27,743 nucleotides of DNA. It comes from a virus. Taxonomy: Duplodnaviria > Caudoviricetes. Both the position numbers and the translations under genes were made by a program. Position 1 is the first letter of the stretch; every line of letters begins with the position of its first letter. Below the pieces are notes generated by a model. The model had not been told where the DNA came from. It worked only from the letters and a program-made list of their open reading frames with translations, and made no database searches. This document shows, one piece after another, positions 7,650-15,226 of this stretch. The DNA lies in IMG/VR virus record IMGVR_UViG_3300025528_000032, positions 1 through 27,743 of that record; one strand, written 5' to 3'.

Positions 7650-7931
7650 TGGGCACGCTTGAGCACGTGCGCCCAATTTGGTGACGGATTTTGGCATACA
7701 CCAGCCTACACTGACCAGACACGAACCGCAAGAAAGCTAGTGCCGATAAGCAAAAACGGCGAGTTACAAAAAGATACAACTCTGCGCCCATACTTTCTGC
7801 AATAATCGCAGGAGCGTAAACGCCCTAAGCTAAGCCTCTAGACACGTCAATAGCTTAGGCTGTATTTTCCACTGTATCGCGTTGGCGTTGAACACGGTCT
7901 TGGGCACTCTTTTGCGCACTCACAGGAGCAC
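7650..7931. other. Putative attP region with arm-type direct repeats
   Basis: AT-richer non-coding interval after int. TGGGCAC (7650-7656) and TGAGCAC (7660-7666) at the left end, TGGGCAC (7901-7907), TGCGCAC (7913-7919) and GGAGCAC (7925-7931) at the right end. Inverted repeat CCTAAGCTA (7824-7832) / TAGCTTAGG (7851-7859). Confidence 0.6.
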
Positions 7932-7934
7932 GTC

Positions 7935-8063
7935 ATGGGTAGCATTTTCTGGGACTGCATCTTTCCTGTCGGCAGCATGGTCGCTATCGGCTGGTACGCA
8001 GCGAACAACATTGAGACGCTGCGCGCATGGTGGCAGAGCGCGCAGGCGTTCCTCGGCGTCTAG
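7935..8063 (+). CDS. Small hydrophobic, Trp-rich protein (42 aa), possible membrane moron
   Basis: Not in the ORF track. AGGAG-N6-ATG, translation MGSIFWDCIFPVGSMVAIGWYAANNIETLRAWWQSAQAFLGV. Its TAG overlaps the convergent M15 gene stop in a CTAG. Confidence 0.62.
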   Translation: MGSIFWDCIFPVGSMVAIGWYAANNIETLRAWWQSAQAFLGV

Positions 8064-8704
8064 CCGAATTGCCGTCCGAGCGTCGCGTAGAGCGCGGCCT
8101 TGCGCTGCGCTTCGGCCGCCTTGCGTTCCTCCTCGGCCTGCTGCTGTTGCCGCAGCGGCGCCGTGAACAGGTCCGCCAGCTCTGACGCGACAACGAGCGC
8201 CTCCGGCGTGACCGGAACGGGAGTCAGGGCCGGGTTCGCAAAGGACTGCGCCATAGTCGTCGGCTGCGCGGGGCCGCCGGCCTCCGTGGGGAGCACCTTT
8301 GGTGCGCCGCGCGCCCCTGCGAGCTCAACGTGCCATGCCTCGTTCTTGAGCGGGAACGTGAGCCCGAACTGACCGGCCTGCTTGTGCACCCACTCGCGCG
8401 CCGCTGGCGTCGCGAAGTGCAAGTCAACTGCGAAGCCGTGGTTGTGCTGCGACCGCCCAGGCGGCGCCACCCACTTGCGAGCGGCCTCCGGCGAGCCGTA
8501 CTTCGCAAGCGCCTGGTCCCACAGCTGCGCCTGCCGCTCCGGCGACCTGTAGCCGGAGGAGATGCGCAGGCCGGCCTGTATTTCTGGCGGCGCGGCCTGA
8601 AACATCTGCGCCAGCGCCGACACGAACTGCGGGTTGAGGCCGGTGAAGCTGTCCGGGCGGGTCGCCCCGCCTATGGCAAACTGTCGCAGCAGGTCAGCGG
8701 CCAT
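8060..8704 (-). CDS. M15-family (VanY-like, M15B) zinc peptidase, probably a virion-associated peptidoglycan hydrolase
   Basis: SGYRS...Q..L, VAPPGRSQHNHGFAVDL and NEAWHVE motifs, plus a low-complexity Ala/Gln C-terminal tail. GGAGGA is 6 nt upstream of ATG 8704 and directly abuts ATG 8710. Confidence 0.88.
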   Translation of the reverse strand: MAADLLRQFAIGGATRPDSFTGLNPQFVSALAQMFQAAPPEIQAGLRISSGYRSPERQAQLWDQALAKYGSPEAARKWVAPPGRSQHNHGFAVDLHFATPAAREWVHKQAGQFGLTFPLKNEAWHVELAGARGAPKVLPTEAGGPAQPTTMAQSFANPALTPVPVTPEALVVASELADLFTAPLRQQQQAEEERKAAEAQRKAALYATLGRQFG

Positions 8705-11546
8705 CGCCATTCCTCCGCGGTCTCACGGTAATCGTCATCGGCTCCGGGGGCTCCGTGACTGCGTCCATGACCGGGTCGTCGTTCAGCGCTTCGTCGATGA
8801 CATTGAGCACCTGCGTGGCACGGACGCCGTACTTCTGGAGGATCATCCGCCGCTTCGCTGCCCACGTCGCCGGGTTGAACTCCTCAAGGAGGTCGGCCGC
8901 CAGCCCCGGATTGTTAACGACGGCCGCCGTAAGCGTGTCGATCGCGCGCGACTGCACCTGCGCCGACTTGCGGCGCAGGTACGTTGACGCGACGTCAATG
9001 ATGGCGATCGGAAGCGACATCTGGTTCCGGCTGACGCTTCGCCCGCGGCTGGCGAGCGACGCCGGGGTGAGCGCCGGGTCGAACCTGCCGTATATTGTCT
9101 GCGCGGTGCCGGAAGCGTTTGGTGCGCGAGCGCGTACGCTGCCCTCGGCACCGGCCAGCGCGTTGACGACCTGTTTGATGGCCGCCAGGTCTTCCGGGTT
9201 GTCTTTCCACAGCTCCTCGGCCACCGCCGCCACTTTCGGGTCGTCGAATAGGCCCTTCAGTTTGCGCGGGTTCCAGCGCTCTTGCCCCGCCATGTCAGGA
9301 GCGGAGAACTTCTGACGTTTCACTACCTCCCACAGTGCGCTGCGCGCGTTACGACGGGCTTCCGGCGAGTTACCGGCCGCTTCGAGAAGCTCGCGGATGG
9401 CCTCTCTCGGCTTCGCGCTCGACGTGATAGCGCGAACCGCGTCGACCGTCGCCTCGTCGCCATACTTGAGGTACGTGGCTTGCGCCGTGCGCCCTGGCGT
9501 CGTCAGGTCGCGTCGCGTCGTTTCGGCGGCACTGCTCGCCGCTCGTGCGGCCTCGCTCGCCTCCGCGGCCGCCTCCAGCTTCTGGCGCAGCTCGGGAAAC
9601 TCGCTGAGGAAGATGTTGCGCTCGCCGAGGTACTTGCGCAGGGCGTCCGGTCGATCCAGCAGCCCGGAGCGCTGCACGTCCGCTAGCACCTCGTCCGCAA
9701 GCGCGTTCCGCAGGCGCGGGTCGTTTCCCGCTTCGCGCATGGCCGCCCGGAAGTCGTTAATGCGGCCCTGGTCCGTCTGGACGAACTGCGGCGTGACAGC
9801 GCTATCGTCGAGTGCGTAGCCTCCGCCCTCGCGCTGCTGGAGCGTGCGCTGGATGGCCGTTCCGGGCCGCTCGAAGCGGTCGGCGACGTCGCGGCGAACC
9901 GCGTTCGCGGCCTGGTACGCTTCGCGGAGCTCCGGCGGCATGTTCTGCTCGAGGAACTCGTCGATCGTACCGCGGAACTGTCGCGCGACGCGCGCCCTCT
10001 GCGCCTCGCCGGCGGCCTCCGCCGTCCGTATGTCGTCGCTGAGGCCGCTGCGCAGGGCTGTGACTTCGCGCAGGGGAGCCTGTTCGGCCTCGCCGAGCCG
10101 CGCGGCGACGTTCACCTCTGAGGGCAGAAACCGCGCCTGGTCGTTGAGCGGCAGGCGCTGCTGGACCTCGGCGAAGCCCTCCGCGAGCGGTCTTACGCTG
10201 ATCGGGAACTGCGCTTCATCGATCGGCGCGAACGCCTGCCGGATGCGCTCGCGCTCGGCCGCGTAGACGTCGGCCAGCGCTGAGCGTGCGCTCGAGCCGC
10301 GCGCCGTCGCGTCGGCGAGCACCGGGCGGGCGGCAAGCGCGGCTTCCTCGAAGCGCCTGCGCTGCTGCTCTGCGGCGCGTTCAGCCTCCGCGATGCGCGC
10401 GTCACGGTTCGCCTCGAGCGCGGCGCGGAACTGCGCCGGGTCGCCACCGGGGTCCAGCTCGTTCATGCGCCGATCGACGGCTGCGTTGTTTGCGACGCGC
10501 CGGACGTTGGCTGCGCCTGGAAGCAGCGTGTCCGCGTTGTACGCCAGCGTGTAGAGGCCGGGGTCTTGCGTTCGGTCGCCGATGTTCGCCTGGTAGCCGG
10601 GGACCGCTTCTTCGATCGGCGCGGGCCGACGCAACTTCGTGACTAGGGGCGTTGTGTCGACCGTCTCGCCGCGAGCGATAGGCCCCGCCATATCCGACGA
10701 GTGCGAGATGATGCGCGCGGCGACTTCCTCGCCCGCGACGTCGTCCATGAACCGAGGGTCGCCCGTTACAGCTCCGGCGACGTTCTTGGCCGCGCCGCCG
10801 AGACGCCCGACAGCCGCCGTACCGGCCACGCCCGCCATAGAGCCCAGGAAGTCCGACCAGAAGTTATCGCCGTGCTGCGGGTTCCCGGCCGCCTCGTTCG
10901 CTAAGCCCGCGCCGATACCCGCCCCGCCCGCATAGCGCATCTCCCTTCCGGCGAGGCCGACGGGGTTGGCGGCGCCCGCCTCGAACGCCTGCCCGGCTAG
11001 CCCTTGTACGGTCCCTCGCTTCTGCAAGGCCCTCGCGCCCTGGACCCCCAGACGCGCGCCGCCGACGATCGCGCCGCCAACCGGAAGTAGGCCGGCTCCG
11101 ATCTCATACCCGGTTCGTCCGGCCACGCGCTGGAAAGCGTCTTGCGGGGTCGGCCCTTCGGCCGCGCGCTGCGTGTCGGCTCCGACGACAGCGGCCGTTG
11201 CCTGCGCCGGAGCTCCGAGCGCCTTGTCGATCATGGCGGAGCCGAGGAACGGCTCCTCGCTGACTGGAACGCCGAGAGCGCCGAGCCCCGCGTTGACCGC
11301 GTCGACCGGAAGACCGAGCACCGCAGACAAGCCGCGCCGCATGTTACGGAGGACGATGGCGCCCGTGTCGTCTGCGTAGTCGAGCCCCCGCTGCCACGCA
11401 GGCGTTTGCGGCGCCTGCGCGGCCTGCGTCGTGCTCTCGCCACCGGACGACGGAGGGTAGGTGGACAGGATCTCCGCCACCTCCTCGTCGGTCGCGTCGT
11501 CCGGCACTTCGATCAGCCGACCCTCGAACTGGATGACGCGCGGCAT
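8694..11546 (-). CDS. Large internal virion / DNA ejection protein (950 aa)
   Basis: Ala/Arg-rich and helical with Gly-rich hydrophobic segments. N-terminal FEGR.IEVPDDAT.EEV motif. Located at the end of the podovirus-type structural operon. Confidence 0.7.
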   Translation of the reverse strand: MPRVIQFEGRLIEVPDDATDEEVAEILSTYPPSSGGESTTQAAQAPQTPAWQRGLDYADDTGAIVLRNMRRGLSAVLGLPVDAVNAGLGALGVPVSEEPFLGSAMIDKALGAPAQATAAVVGADTQRAAEGPTPQDAFQRVAGRTGYEIGAGLLPVGGAIVGGARLGVQGARALQKRGTVQGLAGQAFEAGAANPVGLAGREMRYAGGAGIGAGLANEAAGNPQHGDNFWSDFLGSMAGVAGTAAVGRLGGAAKNVAGAVTGDPRFMDDVAGEEVAARIISHSSDMAGPIARGETVDTTPLVTKLRRPAPIEEAVPGYQANIGDRTQDPGLYTLAYNADTLLPGAANVRRVANNAAVDRRMNELDPGGDPAQFRAALEANRDARIAEAERAAEQQRRRFEEAALAARPVLADATARGSSARSALADVYAAERERIRQAFAPIDEAQFPISVRPLAEGFAEVQQRLPLNDQARFLPSEVNVAARLGEAEQAPLREVTALRSGLSDDIRTAEAAGEAQRARVARQFRGTIDEFLEQNMPPELREAYQAANAVRRDVADRFERPGTAIQRTLQQREGGGYALDDSAVTPQFVQTDQGRINDFRAAMREAGNDPRLRNALADEVLADVQRSGLLDRPDALRKYLGERNIFLSEFPELRQKLEAAAEASEAARAASSAAETTRRDLTTPGRTAQATYLKYGDEATVDAVRAITSSAKPREAIRELLEAAGNSPEARRNARSALWEVVKRQKFSAPDMAGQERWNPRKLKGLFDDPKVAAVAEELWKDNPEDLAAIKQVVNALAGAEGSVRARAPNASGTAQTIYGRFDPALTPASLASRGRSVSRNQMSLPIAIIDVASTYLRRKSAQVQSRAIDTLTAAVVNNPGLAADLLEEFNPATWAAKRRMILQKYGVRATQVLNVIDEALNDDPVMDAVTEPPEPMTITVRPRRNGDGR

Positions 11547-13006
11547 TACTGGACCCTCCGCAGCTTGCCGTCAGGCCCGCGTTCCCACCTTTCATGCGAG
11601 CTCCCGGCGCGCGGCATGGGCGAGGGTTCGATCGGGGCGATAAGCGGCGACTGTAACGCGTCCACGCCACCCGCAAGCGCCCGGCGGATCGTTTCCTCCC
11701 GACGCTGAATGCTCTTGAGCGCTTCGTCGATGCGCGCGAGTGCGTCGGGCTGGTTCGCCGTGAGACCTTCCAGCCCAAGCGCTCTCTTGGCGGTGCGGAG
11801 CATCTCGTTCGACAGGCGCTCGCCAGTGAGCGTCTTCGCGTACTGGAAGGCGAGGATGTTCGACAGCATTTCGATCGCGGGGATGTTCTTGTCGAAATTC
11901 TCCAAGAGCCCGCGATCCATGGCGTTCTGCTCGATGGTGCGCATGATATTGTCGACCTCGCCCCCGGCCCACGCGCCGAGCTCGCGCCCCGTCTGAATGA
12001 GGTTCTGCGCGGTTCCGCGGAGCGCGCCGACGACGCCCTGCGACGCCGGCGACTGAGCAATGAGCTCGCGCAGGCGCAGGGCCGTGTCCTTGGTCTGCCC
12101 CAAAGCGAGCAGCTCCCGCTGCATTTGGCTGAGAATCGGCGGGGTGAGGCCGACGTCAGACGCTGTACCCTGCGGCTTCGGAATGTCAAAGATCTGCACG
12201 TCCGCCGGCAGGTCGGCTCCCGTCTGTGCGTGGCGCCACCTGCCGTCCGGCCCTTGCACAGCCGGAACGCGCGTGATGCCATCGGGCATGACCGCGATCG
12301 CGTTGGTGTATTTCGGCGCCTTGTCCGGCGCGATGTAGGGCTCCGCACCGAGAGCCTCGAGGCGCGTGACGTTTACCGGCCTGCCGTCGCGGACAATCTG
12401 CTCGATCGGCGTGCTGCCAAAGACAATCGCCTGCTGCTGCTCGACCGGCATTTGTCCGTACACCTGCGCCTTCATCTCGTCCAACGTCGCGGGCTTGGCC
12501 GGCCCGGCAACCGGCTCGTCCCGCCCCGGGATGATGTACGACTTGCCTTGGTCGAGCTCGACCACGCCGACTTGCTGCGGCGGAAGTCCGAACATGTCCG
12601 CGATGCCCGGAGGAACGAAACGTGTCTGCCCCGCACCAACCGGCGCCAGCAGCGTCCGCTCCGTCTCGCCCCGCTGCTGGAGGCGGGTCTGCTCGAGCGC
12701 TCGCGCATTGTCGGCCGCGTTGTTCGCGCGAAGCGTCGCGTTGCTCTGGTCGACGGCGTAGAAGCTCTGGTTCGGATTGAAGCGACCGACCGCAATGCCG
12801 TAGCGGTCGATCATCGAGCGATCCGTGTTCGGGTCGGTGACGACCCTGAACATCTCGGCGAGCTGCGCCGCCTCCTGCTCCTTGGCGCGAGCAGCCGCCC
12901 AGCCCGCCGCGTCCGCGCCGCTCGGCGGGGCGAACAGCTGCGAGAGGCTGGCGACGGCCGCGCCAATGGCGGGGTTGTTGTAGTAGCCGTTGCGCCGGAC
13001 AGCCAT
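11546..13006 (-). CDS. Internal virion / ejection protein (486 aa)
   Basis: Cys-free and Ala/Gln/Pro-rich. TAATG coupling to the 950-aa gene. Synteny. Confidence 0.65.
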   Translation of the reverse strand: MAVRRNGYYNNPAIGAAVASLSQLFAPPSGADAAGWAAARAKEQEAAQLAEMFRVVTDPNTDRSMIDRYGIAVGRFNPNQSFYAVDQSNATLRANNAADNARALEQTRLQQRGETERTLLAPVGAGQTRFVPPGIADMFGLPPQQVGVVELDQGKSYIIPGRDEPVAGPAKPATLDEMKAQVYGQMPVEQQQAIVFGSTPIEQIVRDGRPVNVTRLEALGAEPYIAPDKAPKYTNAIAVMPDGITRVPAVQGPDGRWRHAQTGADLPADVQIFDIPKPQGTASDVGLTPPILSQMQRELLALGQTKDTALRLRELIAQSPASQGVVGALRGTAQNLIQTGRELGAWAGGEVDNIMRTIEQNAMDRGLLENFDKNIPAIEMLSNILAFQYAKTLTGERLSNEMLRTAKRALGLEGLTANQPDALARIDEALKSIQRREETIRRALAGGVDALQSPLIAPIEPSPMPRAGSSHERWERGPDGKLRRVQ

Positions 13007-13015
13007 TGGCGGACC

Positions 13016-13675
13016 TCAATACAGCGAGAACGGATTGAGCGCGCCGCCCCCGGTTCTGGAAGCCGTCGAGCCCGTCGAGGTGATAGGCGAATAGGTGCCG
13101 CGGCTGAGTCCCGCCTTCACGCCGAGCGAGCCCGCCGCGCCGAGAAGGTCGGCGAGCAGTTTCATACCGCCCGCCGAACTGTTGGCAGCATCCAGCGCCG
13201 AGCCTGCGAGCTCGGCCGAGGCGCGCTTGAAGCCGCCAATCGTGCCGAGCTGCGCGGCGTCACGGGCCTGAAGCCGGCCGATCCCGCCGAGCAGGTCGCC
13301 GAACGAGCGCATGTTCGCCAGGGCGTTCGCCTGCGCCTCGCCGAATCGCTGCGCCGCTGCCTTTTGCCGGGCGCCCTCGTTGACCACGATGTTCGAGGCC
13401 GACTGCGGCATGACGTCGGAGGGGCCGACTTCGATCGTGCGAAAGAAGTCAGCCAGCTGCGACGCCTTTTCGGCCTGCTGGTCACCGAAATTCTGGTAGC
13501 GGTCCTGGCTCGCCGTATTGAGGGCGTCCATCTCCGCGTCATAGCCCTTCTGGCGCTCGCGCTCGGCCGCCATGATGGCGGCGCGGCTCTTGTCGATCTG
13601 GCTGTTGGCGAACGTGTTCGCCGCGACGGAGCCGGCTGTCAGGACGATGCCGCCGATGGTAAGAGGATCACACAT
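13016..13675 (-). CDS. Small internal virion / ejection protein (T7 gp14-like position)
   Basis: N-terminal MCDP followed by a hydrophobic Gly/Ala segment, a pattern common in podophage small ejection proteins. Gly/Ser-rich C-terminus. Confidence 0.68.
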   Translation of the reverse strand: MCDPLTIGGIVLTAGSVAANTFANSQIDKSRAAIMAAERERQKGYDAEMDALNTASQDRYQNFGDQQAEKASQLADFFRTIEVGPSDVMPQSASNIVVNEGARQKAAAQRFGEAQANALANMRSFGDLLGGIGRLQARDAAQLGTIGGFKRASAELAGSALDAANSSAGGMKLLADLLGAAGSLGVKAGLSRGTYSPITSTGSTASRTGGGALNPFSLY

Positions 13676-13682
13676 GGCCGCC

Positions 13683-14306
13683 TCACGTGTTCTTGACGGC
13701 GCCCTTGACGCCGAACAGGCCGATCGAGTAGGGCGGCTTGTAGGCGCCCCCGCTCAATGCTGCGGCACGCTCCTGCGCGAATTGCGTTCCAAGGCCGGAT
13801 ATGAACTCATTAAAGAAGTGCTCGAGCGGGCTGTATGCGTCCGGCTGCGTGAGCGCCTGGGCGCGCGTCAGCGCGCTGTTGACTGCGCCTTCTGCGTCGC
13901 CAGTCGCGTTCAGCATTCGAATGAGATCAGCACGGGCCGACTCCACGTTGTTGCGCGCGTCGGTCTCGTAGGCTAACGCACGGTCGGCGATCTCCCTCGC
14001 CCGCTGGTCGTAGAGCTTCTGGAGCTCGGCCTCCTTCTGCGCCCGGATCGTGCTATCCAGCATGCCGGAGCGCGCGAGGGCGTAGGTCAACTCCTCCTTC
14101 GCCTTGGCGTACTGATCCTGGAGTTGCGGGTTTGCGTAGTCGAGGTACGACTGGCGCCGGCCTGTGAAGAAGTCATCGTTGAACTGGCTGCCAAAGATGG
14201 AGTCGATGCGCTGCGTCCCGGCGCGGATCTTCGCCTGCCGGGCGGCTTCCTCCATCTGTGCATATCGTGCCTGTTTGGCCGCAGAATTCTTACCGAGGCC
14301 GCCCAT
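13683..14306 (-). CDS. Probable virion/ejection protein (207 aa, helical)
   Basis: MGG start, coiled-coil Ala/Gln-rich sequence and ALARSG...ST motif. Lies between the GNAT and MCDP genes. Confidence 0.6.
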   Translation of the reverse strand: MGGLGKNSAAKQARYAQMEEAARQAKIRAGTQRIDSIFGSQFNDDFFTGRRQSYLDYANPQLQDQYAKAKEELTYALARSGMLDSTIRAQKEAELQKLYDQRAREIADRALAYETDARNNVESARADLIRMLNATGDAEGAVNSALTRAQALTQPDAYSPLEHFFNEFISGLGTQFAQERAAALSGGAYKPPYSIGLFGVKGAVKNT

Positions 14307-14757
14307 CCGTCAGCTCCATTCGCATCGCGTAGCCGACCTTTCGAAAGCCGAAGTGGCGCAAGAAAGCCGCCGTCCGCTCCGACCGAAAGCCGTTATCGTT
14401 CCCGCCGTCAATGGCGTCGGCTCCGATCCGTCGACTCCACGCGATCAGCTCTTTCATCAGCAACGCGGCTGCCCGAGTGCCGCGGCGTTCCGGGCGCACA
14501 TACAATACCCTCTGTGTAACAGAAAATCCATCGCGGTGGTCGTAATAGCATACATCCGCGGCCAGAAAGCCGATCACCTTCCGGTTCTCCTCCGCCACGA
14601 AGGCCGCCTTGAGCGCCGTGCGGAAAGCGAAGTCCAGCGTCTCACGCACCCTGCGCTCGCTGAACGGTTCGCCGGGGCATGTCTCCTCGACGTTCAAGCG
14701 TGCCATCTCGACGATGGCGTCGGCGTCCGCCTCAGTTGCGAGCCGCGCGAAAATCAT
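14290..14757 (-). CDS. GNAT-family N-acetyltransferase
   Basis: RLATEAD..AI, FVAEE...VIGFL, acetyl-CoA motif A LYVRPERRGTRAA..L and F.R.FGF..VG. Start at MIFARL (14757). Confidence 0.9.
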   Translation of the reverse strand: MIFARLATEADADAIVEMARLNVEETCPGEPFSERRVRETLDFAFRTALKAAFVAEENRKVIGFLAADVCYYDHRDGFSVTQRVLYVRPERRGTRAAALLMKELIAWSRRIGADAIDGGNDNGFRSERTAAFLRHFGFRKVGYAMRMELTDGRPR

Positions 14758-15226
14758 CGGCCACCCATGCATATTGAACAAACGGCTCGCCGTTCCGGCC
14801 GTAGCCGCGGAACGGCCCTGCCTCCTTCTCGAGCCCGAGCGCCGTCAGCCAGCGGTGCGCGCCGCGGTGGAGCAGCATCGAAACCGTCTCGATGCGATGG
14901 ACGCCGGATTGCTTCATCGGCTCGAGCACCTTTCGCCGGATGAAGCGTGTCAGCGGCCTCGCGATCGTCGGGAACTCGTCGGTCGCAAAGAACATGAGTG
15001 ATGCGACGTTCGGGCGGGCCTCGAGCACGGCGCCGATGGCAACGGGGCGATCGTCGACGGACGCGCACAGCGTGAACGGCTGGCCGCCGTACCGCGCTGC
15101 CAGCAGGTCCGCCAGGTCTTCCCTCGTCCGTGCGTGGCTGACGGCCGAGAACTCGGCGAAGTCTGTCGCGCGCATGTGCAGAGCGACGTCGCGGACCTGC
15201 TCCTCTGTCGCGTACTCGATCCTCAT
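14732..15226 (-). CDS. GNAT-fold virion assembly protein (T7 gp13 / DUF2833-like)
   Basis: VA.HMR..D..E, PVAIG.V and AHRWL..LGL..E....YG.NGE.F pattern. Directly after the nozzle gene (ATGA overlap). Confidence 0.7.
   Translation of the reverse strand: MRIEYATEEQVRDVALHMRATDFAEFSAVSHARTREDLADLLAARYGGQPFTLCASVDDRPVAIGAVLEARPNVASLMFFATDEFPTIARPLTRFIRRKVLEPMKQSGVHRIETVSMLLHRGAHRWLTALGLEKEAGPFRGYGRNGEPFVQYAWVADDFRAARN

Noticed and set aside
7651-7680. Possible terminator after int
   Set aside because: The stem is imperfect and the U-tract poor. The sequence is better explained by the arm-like GCAC repeats.
6561-7697. 378-aa minus-strand ORF over the integrase
   Set aside because: Antisense to a clear tyrosine recombinase, with no motifs of its own.
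7760-7810. Loose resemblance of GTTACAAAAAGATACAACTCTGCGCCC to an alphaproteobacterial tmRNA tag region (ANDN.AP..)
   Set aside because: The frame does not give ANDN or a terminal AA-stop, and no tRNA-like acceptor or T-arm is visible. An Infernal search would settle it.
8060-8704. VanY-like gene as a glycopeptide resistance determinant
   Set aside because: No van cluster or membrane anchor, and it sits in a virion operon of a phage with a Gram-negative host.
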